A stretch of DNA of 64,000 nucleotides from an uncultured Thermoleophilia bacterium. Lineage in GTDB: Bacteria; Actinomycetota; Thermoleophilia; UBA2241. Below are positions 19,227 to 28,519 of the stretch, one piece after another (position 1 is the first letter of the stretch; every line of letters begins with the position of its first letter). The stretch is taken from assembly GCA_963715985.1 (NCBI GenBank), contig CAVQSP010000017.1, positions 128,001-192,000 on the forward strand, read 5' to 3'. Below the pieces are notes generated by a model. That model searched no databases, was not told the origin of the DNA, and saw only the letters and a program-made list of their open reading frames with translations. The position numbers were made by a program, and so were the translations under genes.

Positions 19227-21274
19227 ACAGCCACCGCAGGCCGGCTGACGAGGGGGGCGCCGGAGGGGCACCGCACCGCGCGGCGGCGGGCAGCGGCGGC
19301 ACCAGCGCGGGCGCCCGCCCCGCGGGCCCGCCCCGCGGCCCGGGCGGTCCCGGTCCGGGTGGGCCCGGCGGACACGCGCTGGTCATGCCGACGGCCAAGG
19401 CCAAGGACTTCAAGGGCACCATGCGCCGGCTCGGCGGCCGGCTGCGGGCCGAACGCCTGCGCATCGCTCTCGTCGTCGTGCTCGCCGTGATCAGCGTGAC
19501 CTTCGCGGTGATCGGGCCGAAGATCCTCGGCACGGCCACCAACATCCTCTTCGAGGGCGTCGTCAGCAAGCAGATCCCGGCCGGCGTGACCCAGGCGCAG
19601 GCCGTCGCCGGATTGCGCGCCAAAGGGCAGGACCGCATCGCCGAGATGCTCTCGTCGATGACGCTGAACCCGGGACAGGGCGTCGACTTCGCCGCCCTCG
19701 GGCGCACGCTGTTGCTGCTCGTCGCCATCTACCTTGTGAGCGCCCTCTTCGCCTGGCTGCAGGGCTACATCATGGCCGGTGTGACGCAGCGCACCATGTA
19801 CAGGCTGCGGCAGGACGCTGACGAGAAGCTCGCCCGCCTGCCGCTCAGGTACTTCGACGACCACCCTCGCGGCGACGTGCTCAGCCGCATGACCAACGAC
19901 ATCGACAACATCTCGCAGTCGCTGCAGCAGACCCTCACGCAGATCATCACCGCGGCGCTGACGATCGTCGGCGTGCTCATCATGATGCTCTCCATCAGCT
20001 GGCTGCTGGCCCTCATCTCGGTGCTCGTGGTACCCATCTCGGTGGTCGTCACGATCCTCATCGCCAAGCGTTCGCAGAAGCAGTTCGCGGCGCAGTGGGA
20101 GCACACCGGCGATCTCAACGGGCACGTGGAGGAGATGTTCACCGGCCACAACGTGGTCAAGGTGTTCGGCCATCAGCAGAAGGCCATCGAGAAGTTCGAC
20201 GAGCAGAACGAGAAGCTGTACGAGGCCAGCTTCAAGGCCCAGTTCATCTCGGGGATCATCATGCCGGTGATGAACTTCGTGACCAACCTCAACTATGTGG
20301 CCATCGCCGTGGTCGGTGGCCTGATGGTGGCCACCGGCCGCATCTCGCTCGGCGACGTGACGGCCTTCATCCAGTACTCCCGCCAGTTCACGATGCCCAT
20401 CGCCCAGGTGGCGGGCATCATGAACGTGCTGCAGAGTACGGCGGCGTCTGCCGAGCGCGTCTTCGAGCTCCTGGACGAGAGCGAAGAAGAGCCCGACGCC
20501 AGAGAGTGCGTCGTGTTCGAGCACACCCGCGGCCACATCTCGCTGGAGGACGTCTCCTTCCGCTACCTGCCGGACGCGCCGCTCATCGAGGACCTCACCC
20601 TCGACGTGCGGCAGGGCGAGACGGTGGCCATCGTCGGGCCGACAGGCGCCGGCAAGACGACGCTCGTCAACCTGCTGCTGCGCTTCTACGAGATCGACAA
20701 CGGCCGCATCATGGTGGACGGCGTGGACACACAGCACATCACGCGCAGCGACCTGCGTCGTCTCTTCGGCATGGTGCTCCAAGATACGTGGCTCTTCAGC
20801 GGCTCCATTCGCGACAACATCGCCTACGGCCGCGAAGGCGCGAGCGAGGACGACATCCGCGCCGCCGCACGCGCCGCGCGTGTGGACCACTTCGTGCGCG
20901 CTCTGCCCGAGGGCTACGACACGGTGCTGGACGACGACGCCACCAACGTCTCGGCGGGCGAGAAGCAGCTGCTCACGATCGCCCGCGCCTTCCTCGCCGA
21001 CCCTGACGTGCTGATCCTCGACGAGGCCACCAGCTCCGTGGACACGCGCACCGAGGTGCTCATCCAGCAAGCCATGGCCGAGCTCATGAAGGACCGCACG
21101 AGCTTCGTGATCGCCCACCGGCTCTCGACGATCCGCGGCGCCGACACCATCCTCGTGATGGACAAGGGCGCCATCATCGAGCAGGGCAGCCACCAGGAGC
21201 TCATGACGGCGCGCGGTTTCTACTACGACCTCTACGCGAGCCAGTTCGAGGAGGCGCTCGAAGAGGCGATCTGA
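19223..21274 (+). CDS. Heterodimeric ABC exporter subunit B (TMD+NBD)
   Basis: GTGA overlap with the upstream gene; 'GPTGAGKTT', 'SAGEKQL', 'ILDEATSSVD', 'IAHRLST'. Confidence 0.92.
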   Translation: MNSHRRPADEGGAGGAPHRAAAGSGGTSAGARPAGPPRGPGGPGPGGPGGHALVMPTAKAKDFKGTMRRLGGRLRAERLRIALVVVLAVISVTFAVIGPKILGTATNILFEGVVSKQIPAGVTQAQAVAGLRAKGQDRIAEMLSSMTLNPGQGVDFAALGRTLLLLVAIYLVSALFAWLQGYIMAGVTQRTMYRLRQDADEKLARLPLRYFDDHPRGDVLSRMTNDIDNISQSLQQTLTQIITAALTIVGVLIMMLSISWLLALISVLVVPISVVVTILIAKRSQKQFAAQWEHTGDLNGHVEEMFTGHNVVKVFGHQQKAIEKFDEQNEKLYEASFKAQFISGIIMPVMNFVTNLNYVAIAVVGGLMVATGRISLGDVTAFIQYSRQFTMPIAQVAGIMNVLQSTAASAERVFELLDESEEEPDARECVVFEHTRGHISLEDVSFRYLPDAPLIEDLTLDVRQGETVAIVGPTGAGKTTLVNLLLRFYEIDNGRIMVDGVDTQHITRSDLRRLFGMVLQDTWLFSGSIRDNIAYGREGASEDDIRAAARAARVDHFVRALPEGYDTVLDDDATNVSAGEKQLLTIARAFLADPDVLILDEATSSVDTRTEVLIQQAMAELMKDRTSFVIAHRLSTIRGADTILVMDKGAIIEQGSHQELMTARGFYYDLYASQFEEALEEAI

Positions 21275-21354
21275 CGGCCGCCGGCCGGCGCCCAAGGGCC
21301 GGCGGGGCCGTGGCCGGCGCCGAAGGGCGCGCGCGGCTGTGACCCTGCGTACGC

Positions 21355-21396
21355 GAGACGGGCGGGGGAGGTCCTGCGACCTCCCCCGCCCGTCTC
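21355..21396. terminator. Perfect 19-bp stem-loop between convergent genes
   Basis: gagacgggcgggggaggtc-ctgc-gacctcccccgcccgtctc. Confidence 0.65.
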
Positions 21397-21447
21397 TGGT
21401 TCGCGCGCGGCCGCCCCAGGGGGGTGGAGGGCTGCCGCGCCGCACCC

Positions 21448-22047
21448 TTACGCGCGCTCGAGCTCCGCGGTGCGCCCCGCGGCGGCGAAGTAGGCGACCG
21501 CCACCAGGACGACCAGGAACGGGGTGGCGAGCAGCGTCACGACGCCGTTGGCCAGCGAGCTGATGACGACGAGGATCAGCACCAGCGCGACGTGCTCCCA
21601 GAAGCCCGCCTCCTTGACCATGCGGTAGCTCTCGCTCATGGCCTCGCCGATGCCCAGGCCGCGGTCGACCATGAGGGGGAAGACGTACAGCCAGATGGCG
21701 GCGAGCAGGATGCCGCCGACGATGGTGAGCGACGCCAGCCCGATGAGGATGCCCAGCACCAGGGCCGCGCCGAAGAAGGACCAGAAGCGGCCGAACTGGT
21801 CGAACACGTCGCCGACGTGCGGCGTCCTGCCGTCGCGCACGCGGCCGACGACCATGCCGTAGAGGCCGGCGGCCAGCGGCCCGGCGAGGATGCCGATGGT
21901 GATGACGCTCAGGGCCACCGCGACGATCGTGGCGATGATGAGGGCGCCCAGGTCCTTGACGAACAGGCGCCACGACTGCTTGAAGACGAGGCCGAAGTCC
22001 AGGCCCCGGCTCTGGATCTGTGGTGTGGTGGTGACGACGGTACTCAT
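21448..22047 (-). CDS. Integral membrane protein (DUF975/DUF2189-like)
   Basis: AGGAGGAG RBS; 'ILAGPLAAGLY', 'YVFPLMVDRGLGIGEAMSESY'. Confidence 0.75.
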   Translation of the reverse strand: MSTVVTTTPQIQSRGLDFGLVFKQSWRLFVKDLGALIIATIVAVALSVITIGILAGPLAAGLYGMVVGRVRDGRTPHVGDVFDQFGRFWSFFGAALVLGILIGLASLTIVGGILLAAIWLYVFPLMVDRGLGIGEAMSESYRMVKEAGFWEHVALVLILVVISSLANGVVTLLATPFLVVLVAVAYFAAAGRTAELERA

Positions 22048-22230
22048 GATCTCCTCCTGGTTTGCAGAATCGTCCATGCCTGCAGCCTAGAGGAGCGGCA
22101 CCTCGGCGTCGTCACTCCGGCGGAGGAACCTGGGGTCGGCCGCGGGAGGCATCTTGCGCCGGCCCCGGGACCCCCGCAGAGGTACCTGCGTCCCCTGCGG
22201 GGGAAGGGCCGGCCCGCTTCGGCCCGCGGA

Positions 22231-22960
22231 TCAGAACGCCATCGGGTACGTGTTGGGCCACTGGCCGGGGCCCATGCCCTTGCTCAGGGCGAGCGCCGTG
22301 GCGCGGATCTGTGCCCAGCCGTCGTAGATGCTCTCGTGACGCCACGGGTTCCAGTGGCGCGCCCACTCGCTGTGCGTGTACTGGAAGAGGCCGTTGTAGA
22401 TGCCGCCGACGACGGCGGGGTTCCCGCCGGACTCGAGCACCATCATCCGGTACAGGCCTCCGGGGTCCACGCCGTACTTGCGGCCGGCGATGTCGACGAG
22501 GGGCCGCCAGGTGTGCGCTCGCGCCCAGCGCTCGATCTGGCGACGGCGGTGGAGCCGGGTGCTCAGGTGCTCGACCTTGAGCGCCAGGCGCCTCACGATG
22601 CGGCGGCGCTGCTCGGCGCGTTGCCTGAGCGCCGCGATCTCGTCGTCGCTGACCGCCCCGTCGCCGAGCAGGCGCGCGGCGAGCGCCTGGTCCATGCCGG
22701 GCGGGGGAGTGATGAGCGGCGCCGGCAGCACGCCGGGGGCGCCGTGGACGTCGGTCTGGAGGGCGAGGGCGGCGGCCAGGTCGGCGGCGGCCTGTGCGGA
22801 GCGGTCCCGAGCCTGGGCGAGCGACCTGCCGGGCGTGAGCGCGCTGCTCGACGAGCTGCGCCGTGGATGGGCTGGTGGCTCCGGCCACGGGGACCAGGGC
22901 GACGGCCATCAGGACGACGGCCGCAAGGGCGATGAGGGCGGTAGTGGTCCTGCGATACAC
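22231..22960 (-). CDS. Secreted SLT/transglycosylase-like (Rpf-like) protein with frameshift(s) in the N-terminal half
   Basis: Signal peptide 'MYRRTTTALIALAAVVLMAVALVPVAGA'; C-terminal 'MMVLESGGNP..YNGLFQY...W' lysozyme-like motif. Confidence 0.7.
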
Positions 22961-23277
22961 GATGTCCCTTCGACGGGGTGTCCCGGCGGGCAGCGGCACT
23001 GCCTGTGCCCGGCGGGCGGGTGGCGGCGCAGGCGTACCTCCGCCCGTACGGCGTGACCGTCACACACAAGGAGAGGGAGACGAATCTGCTGGGGGAGGGA
23101 CGCGCAAGGCGCCGCGGGCTCTGAGATTCGCCTTCCAGTGAAGCGCACACGGCGCCCACACGCAACCCGTGAGCCTTCTGGTGAGAACACCTCTCATCAT
23201 GGCCGGCAACGCTTTGAGGGGTCCGGACAGCGGGTACCGAGGGTGTGACGAGCCACGACGTGAAGGGAGCGTGCGGC

Positions 23278-23475
23278 ATGCTGTGCAGCATCTCGACAAA
23301 GCTCGGTGACGGGGACCTCAAGGAGATCGGCGCGCTCGAAGAGCAGCTCGGCGTGACTCTGCTGGCCTTCAACTGCCACCCGCTCGATCCGGCGGCCATC
23401 GACGATGGTCAGCTGTCGAAGATCAACGAGCTCGAGGAGAAGCTGGGCGTCTCGCTTGTCGCGGTGGGGTCCTAG
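23278..23475 (+). CDS. Small protein with twin LEExLG repeats, upstream of rubrerythrin
   Basis: GGGAG RBS; 65 aa; paralog of 11398-11658. Confidence 0.75.
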   Translation: MLCSISTKLGDGDLKEIGALEEQLGVTLLAFNCHPLDPAAIDDGQLSKINELEEKLGVSLVAVGS

Positions 23476-23524
23476 CCCACGGTAGACTTGCCCCAGCCAT
23501 CGATCACCCTCGAAGGGAGCAGCC

Positions 23525-24100
23525 ATGCCGGGCGTCAAGGGCACGCAGACCGAGAAGAACCTCCTCAAGGCGTTCGCCGGCGAGAGCCAAGCCCGCAACC
23601 GGTACACGTTCTTCGCGAAGCAGGCCTCCAAGGACGGGTACGAGCAGATCGGCGCCCTCTTCCTGGAGACGGCGGACAACGAGGGCCAGCACGCCAAGAC
23701 CTTCTTCCGGCACCTCGAGGGCGGCCTCGTCGAGATCACGGCCACCTACCCGGCCGGCGTGATCGGCACCACGGCGGAGAACCTGGCCGCCGCCGCCGAC
23801 GGCGAGAACGAGGAGTGGACCGACCTGTACCCGGCGTTCGCCGATGTGGCGGAGTCCGAGGGGCTCAAGGCGGTCGCCACCTCCTTCCGCCAGATCGCCA
23901 AGGTGGAGGCGAAGCACGAGGCGCGCTACCGCAAGCTGCTCGAGAACATCGAGACCGGCCAGGTCTTCGAGAAGCCCGAGCCGGTCAGCTGGATCTGCCG
24001 CAAGTGCGGGTACGTGCACCAGGGCGCCACGGCGCCCAAGGTCTGCCCGGCCTGCCAGCACCCGCAGGCGTACTTCGAGATCTACCCCGAGAACTACTGA
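23525..24100 (+). CDS. rbr: Rubrerythrin
   Basis: '[19 protein letters not shown]', ExxH motifs, C-terminal rubredoxin-like '[10 protein letters not shown]...[11 protein letters not shown]'. Confidence 0.95.
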   Translation: MPGVKGTQTEKNLLKAFAGESQARNRYTFFAKQASKDGYEQIGALFLETADNEGQHAKTFFRHLEGGLVEITATYPAGVIGTTAENLAAAADGENEEWTDLYPAFADVAESEGLKAVATSFRQIAKVEAKHEARYRKLLENIETGQVFEKPEPVSWICRKCGYVHQGATAPKVCPACQHPQAYFEIYPENY

Positions 24101-24111
24101 CGCAGACAGAA

Positions 24112-24149
24112 GTGGCGGGCCCCGGGGAGGTCCGCCCAAGGCCCGCCAT
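24112..24149. terminator. Stem-loop between convergent rbr and iscU
   Basis: gtggcgggcc ... ggcccgccat inverted repeat. Confidence 0.5.
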
Positions 24150-24191
24150 CTGTGCGGCCGGCACCGCCTCGCGGCGTGCCGGCCGTGTCTT

Positions 24192-24998
24192 CTACTCGAG
24201 CACGACGAGCGCGTCCGCCGTCAGCTCGTACTCCTCGTCCTCGTTGAGGTCGTGGACGCGGATGCGCTCAAGTTCGCCCTCGCCGAGCAGCTCGAGCGGC
24301 TGCGCCTCGGTGAGCAGCTTGACGTCCGACAGTCGCAGCGCCGAACGCACGGCGCTGCTCACGCTGGGTTCCTTGCCGGTCGTCATGAGGACGACGCGCC
24401 CCGTGTGGTCGGTGAGGTCGATGGCCGTCTGCGCTGCGCGGTCGCCGGTGTCGAGGACGACGACGCGCTGGCCGGCCAGGGCGGAGAGGTCGTCGAGCGC
24501 CTTGTACACGCCCGCACCCTCGTAGTCGGCGAGGTTGCCGATCTCGACCTCCACCACTTCGGCCGGGCGCGGGTGGCAGCTCTTCTCGACCGGCGTCGTG
24601 GTGGCGTCCTCCGGCTTCACGCCCTCGCGCCAGTTCTTGATGGCCTCGTGCAGGGCGTCGGCCGCCAGGTTGCTGCAGTGCATCTTGATGGGCGGCAGGC
24701 CGTCGAGCGCGTCGGCCACGTCGCCGCGGCTCACCTTGAGGGCCTCGTCGAGCTTCATGCCGATCACGAGCTCCGTGACCATGCTCGAGGTGGCCACCGC
24801 CGACCCGCAGCCGAAGGTCTGGAACTTGATGTCCTCGATGCGGTCGTCGTCGGTGACCTTGATGTAGATGTCCATCATGTCGCCGCACACGGGGTTGCCG
24901 ACGCGGCCGACCGCGACGTTGGGGCCCTCCAGGGTGCCGACGTTGCGCGGGTTGCGGAAGTGCTCGAGGGTCTTCTCGCTGTACTGGGTCGATTTCAT
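24192..24998 (-). CDS. iscU: Fe-S scaffold IscU/NifU-N fused to a degenerate thioredoxin-reductase-like NAD(P)-binding domain
   Basis: 'YSEKTLEHFRNPRNVG', 'GNPVCGD', 'TFGCGSA', 'LPPIKMHCSNLA'; about 110-aa C-terminal Rossmann-like extension. Confidence 0.9.
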   Translation of the reverse strand: MKSTQYSEKTLEHFRNPRNVGTLEGPNVAVGRVGNPVCGDMMDIYIKVTDDDRIEDIKFQTFGCGSAVATSSMVTELVIGMKLDEALKVSRGDVADALDGLPPIKMHCSNLAADALHEAIKNWREGVKPEDATTTPVEKSCHPRPAEVVEVEIGNLADYEGAGVYKALDDLSALAGQRVVVLDTGDRAAQTAIDLTDHTGRVVLMTTGKEPSVSSAVRSALRLSDVKLLTEAQPLELLGEGELERIRVHDLNEDEEYELTADALVVLE

Positions 24999-25041
24999 GA
25001 CTGGTGCCTCTCGCTGGTGATGGTCCGTGCGTCGCGCCTGG

Positions 25042-26229
25042 TCAGGCCGGCGTCTTCGCCTTGTAGAGCGGGCTGAGCGTGCGCAGCCGCGTGATGACGC
25101 CGGGCAGGGCGGCCATGATGCGGTCCACGTCCTCCGCCTCGCTGAAGCGCCCGAACGTGAACTCCAGGGAGCCGTGCGCCTCCTCGTGGAGCAGCCCGCA
25201 GGAGATGAGCGTGTGCGAGGGCTCCAGCGTCTTGGAGCTGCAGGCCGAGCCCGTGGCCGCGGCGACGCCCTCGTCGCGCAGCGAGAGGATCATGGCCTCG
25301 CCCTCCACGCCGTCGAAGCGGAAGTGGGCGTTGTTGGGCAGGCGTCCGCCGGGGCGGTCGAGCGGGGCGCCGTTGAGGTGCGAGTCGGGGATCTCGGCGA
25401 GCACGCGCGCCACGAGGTCGTCGCGGATGCCGCGGATGCGCTCCACTTCGGCCGGCATCTCCGCCCTCATGATGTCGGCGGCGGCGGCCATGCCGGCGAT
25501 GGCCGCGAGGTCCTCGGTGCCCGAGCGCAGGCCGCGCTCCTGCCCGCCGCCCAGCAGCACCGGCGCCACCTGGACGCCCGCACGCACGTAGAGAGCGCCG
25601 ACCCCGCGCGGCCCGTAGATCTCGTTGGACGAGAGGCTCATCAGACTCACCGGGACGCTCTTCGTGTCGATCGGCAGCAGGCCCTCGGCGGCCACGGCGT
25701 CCGTGTGCAGAGCCACGCCGGTGCCGGCGAGCATCTCGGCGATCTCGGCGATGGGCTGCACGGTGCCGATCTCGTTGCTCGCCCAGCCCACGCTCACCAG
25801 GATCGTCTCGTCGGTGATGCGGGCGCGCAGCTTCTTGAGCGACACGCGCCCGTACAGGTCGATGGGCGCGCGCGTCACCTTGAACCCGTTCTTCTCCAGG
25901 TACTTGGCGATGTTGAGCACCGAGATGTGCTCGGCCTCGGTGATGACGACGTGATTGCCCTTGCGGCGGTTGCGCTGCGCGTAGCCGATGAGCGCGATGT
26001 TGCTGGCCTCCGTGGCGCCGGAGGTGAAGACGATCTCGCGCGGCTCGGCGCCGAAGAGCGCGGCGACCCGGCCGCGCATCTCCTCGAGCGCCGCCGTCGC
26101 CTCGTCGCCCACGGCGTGCAGCGAGGCGGCATTGCCGAAGGCGGTGCCGCCGAAGTACGGCAGCATGGCCTCGACGACGCGAGGGTCGACCGGCCGGGAG
26201 GACTGGTAGTCGGCGTAGACGACGGCCAT
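25042..26229 (-). CDS. iscS: IscS/NifS-like protein lacking the PLP Schiff-base lysine (A. fulgidus IscS type)
   Basis: 'FTSGATE', 'SNEIGTVQP', 'GGGQERGLRSGT' and 'TGSACSS' are present, but SxHK is replaced by 'SSNEIYGP' and DAxQ by 'DAVA'. Confidence 0.9.
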   Translation of the reverse strand: MAVVYADYQSSRPVDPRVVEAMLPYFGGTAFGNAASLHAVGDEATAALEEMRGRVAALFGAEPREIVFTSGATEASNIALIGYAQRNRRKGNHVVITEAEHISVLNIAKYLEKNGFKVTRAPIDLYGRVSLKKLRARITDETILVSVGWASNEIGTVQPIAEIAEMLAGTGVALHTDAVAAEGLLPIDTKSVPVSLMSLSSNEIYGPRGVGALYVRAGVQVAPVLLGGGQERGLRSGTEDLAAIAGMAAAADIMRAEMPAEVERIRGIRDDLVARVLAEIPDSHLNGAPLDRPGGRLPNNAHFRFDGVEGEAMILSLRDEGVAAATGSACSSKTLEPSHTLISCGLLHEEAHGSLEFTFGRFSEAEDVDRIMAALPGVITRLRTLSPLYKAKTPA

Positions 26230-26591
26230 CAGAAGTACATCGTGGCGCCTGCGTCGAGCGCGAGGTCGTTGAGCGTGGCGGCGCCCACGATCTTCACCCC
26301 GTCGATGAGCTCCACGGACTCCCAGCCGAGCATCTGCTTGGAGGCCTCGCACACGTACACGGTGATGCCCATGTCCAGGGTCTTCTGGAGCATCTCGGCG
26401 ACGCTGGGGAAGCTGCCGAGCTGCATCTTCTCCGCCTCGCCGGGCTTGAGCACGGTGAGTCCCATGCCCAGGTAGTACACGGCCGCGTCGAGACCCATGG
26501 CCTTGGCGCTCTGCGCGAGCACGAGCGGAGAGTACTGGCGCTCGGGCGCGTTGCTGGTCTGCACGTACAGGATGGAGTTCTCGTTCTTCAT
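26229..26591 (-). CDS. DsrE/DsrF-like sulfur relay protein
   Basis: 120 aa; 'GITVYVCEAS' conserved Cys, 'IVGAATL'; TGATG coupling to iscS. Confidence 0.8.
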   Translation of the reverse strand: MKNENSILYVQTSNAPERQYSPLVLAQSAKAMGLDAAVYYLGMGLTVLKPGEAEKMQLGSFPSVAEMLQKTLDMGITVYVCEASKQMLGWESVELIDGVKIVGAATLNDLALDAGATMYF

Positions 26592-26607
26592 GATCGTCGG
26601 CTCCTCG

Positions 26608-26850
26608 TCACTTGAGTCTGCGGATGCGGATGCGCAGCTGGTCGCCGTCATGGTCTACGTCCACCACTTCGTGGCCGGCGCGCTTGGCGAAGCGCGTGAG
26701 GTCCTCCTCCGCCGCCGGGTCGTCGGCGAACACCTCGAGCACCTCACCGATCTCGATGGCGTCGATGGCCTCCCGCGTCTGGAACAGCGGCTCGGGGCAG
26801 TACAGCCCGATGCAATCGAGTGTGGATGCTGGGGTCGTCTGGTCGCTCAT
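26608..26850 (-). CDS. tusA: TusA-family sulfur carrier protein
   Basis: 'LDCIGLYCPEP', 'GEVLEVFADDPAAEEDL'; GGAGGAG RBS. Confidence 0.9.
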   Translation of the reverse strand: MSDQTTPASTLDCIGLYCPEPLFQTREAIDAIEIGEVLEVFADDPAAEEDLTRFAKRAGHEVVDVDHDGDQLRIRIRRLK

Positions 26851-26984
26851 GCGTGCTCCTCCGGGGACGGTCATACCCAACCACTGCGGTCGGTATTCCC
26901 GCCCGAGGCTGAGTCGATGCATGGGCACGGGCGGACGGGCCCGCCGAGGGCGGGCCCTGCGTCACGCCGAGGGCGGGCCCGCGG

Positions 26985-27155
26985 TCACAGCGGCGGCAGA
27001 AGACCGGCGACGAAGGCGCCGGCGCTCTCCGGCGCCGCGACCACAAGGAGGACGGCAAGCGCCAGCAGGACGATGATGGCCAAGGCGATCGTCAACCAGT
27101 GGTGCTCCGTCTCCTTCGCGGTTCCGCCGTGCGATGTGGTGAGATGTGCGCGCAT
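26985..27155 (-). CDS. Small single-TM hypothetical protein
   Basis: GGAGTGAGG RBS; one hydrophobic helix 'WLTIALAIIVLLALAVLLVV'. Confidence 0.45.
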   Translation of the reverse strand: MRAHLTTSHGGTAKETEHHWLTIALAIIVLLALAVLLVVAAPESAGAFVAGLLPPL

Positions 27156-27365
27156 GGTCGCCTCACTCCGGTCGGCACTCCCTCTACTTGTGCTGTGCCC
27201 GCGCCGGCGGGCCGGCACACCGTTGGCCGCCGGCGCCCCGCCGGCGGCCGCTGTGGCAGGGTTCGCCCAACGCGGCGCGAAGCCGTAGACGGCCCGCCAG
27301 GGGCGGGCGCGGCCGCGCGTCCGCATTCATGCGCGTCGCCGGCCCGTCGATACACCTTCACGGGG

Positions 27366-28443
27366 ATGAACGTGCGCACGCACAGCAAGACGACGTTCGC
27401 GTCGGTGGTCGCCGCCGCCTTGATGGCGGCGGTCGCCGGAGCCTGCCTGCTCGCGGGCACTCCGGCGCCGGCCGGGGCGGCCCTGCGGGCCGCCGGCGCC
27501 GGCGTAGCGCCGGCCCACGTGGACGGCGTGGCGTCGTTGCAGGACCTGCAGAGCGAGGCGCGGCGCACCCGTGCCCAGATGCAGCAGCTCGACGCAGAGC
27601 AGGAGGTCATCACCGCAGAAGTGGGAGGAGGCGCGCCAGTACCTCGACAAGGTGAACGCGGACCTCGTGGCGGCGCGGCTCAGCCTCTCGCGGGCGCGCA
27701 ACGAGCTGGAGCGGCAGCGCACGCTCGTGGCCGGTCGCATGAAGACGATGTACAAGGCCGGTGACTACACGTGGCTGGACATCGTGACCTCGGCGACCAG
27801 CCTCGCCGAGGCCGAGACGGTGCTCGACTTCCTGCGCAGGATCTCGCTGCAGGACCGCCATGAGGAGACCGACCTCCAGGAGCTCACCGGCAAGGCGCGC
27901 AAGCTCGAGCACGACGTGGAGGCCGAGCGCAAGAAGGCGGTGACGGCACAGGTGGAGCTCGACGACCAGCGCGCCGCCCTGGACGCCAAGGTCGCCCAGC
28001 GCGCCGAGGTGCTCAAGACCCTGGTCACCCGCATCAAGAAGATCCTGTCCGCGCCGCTGCTGCTGATGAAGTCCGGCGGCAAGGTCACCCAGATCACCTG
28101 GGCCCAGGCCCTGCTGAAGAGCCTGGGCATGCCCATGACGGCCGACAACGTGGCCGCCGTGGTGGCCTGGGAGATGGCGGAAGGCGGGCACTGGTACAAC
28201 ACCGCCTACTACAACCCGCTGAACACCACACAATCCATGCCGGGTGCCACGGTGTTCAACTCGGTGGGCGTGAAGGCGTACACGAGCTGGGCCCAGGGCC
28301 TCAAGGCCACGGTCATCACCATGCACAACGGCTACTACGGCGGCATCCTCGAGGCGCTCAGCGGCGGCAACGACGCGCAGGCGGTGGCGGACGCCGTGGC
28401 CGCCTCGCCCTGGGGCACCGGCTCCTTCTCGCCGCGGCAGTGA
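27366..28443 (+). CDS. Secreted PcsB/CwlO-like coiled-coil protein with a C-terminal lysozyme-like domain (frameshift near 27615)
   Basis: Signal peptide; coiled coil with 'RMKTMYKAGDYTWLDIVTSATS'; C-terminal 'AWEMAEGG..YNPLNTT..GVKAYTSW..SPWGT'. Confidence 0.75.
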
Positions 28444-28519
28444 GCGGTACGCCTTCGGTAGCTCTCCCGATGACTCCCAGGCGCCGTGCGCCCGGCGGAG
28501 GACCTCCGGTGTCCCGCCG

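Noticed and set aside
17255-21274. 1339-aa giant ABC protein
   Set aside because: The upstream part overlaps subunit A out of frame; the real gene starts at GTG 19223.
22961-23190. Canonical c-di-AMP (ydaO) or c-di-GMP riboswitch call
   Set aside because: The conserved consensus segments were not recognisable; kept only as an unclassified structured leader.
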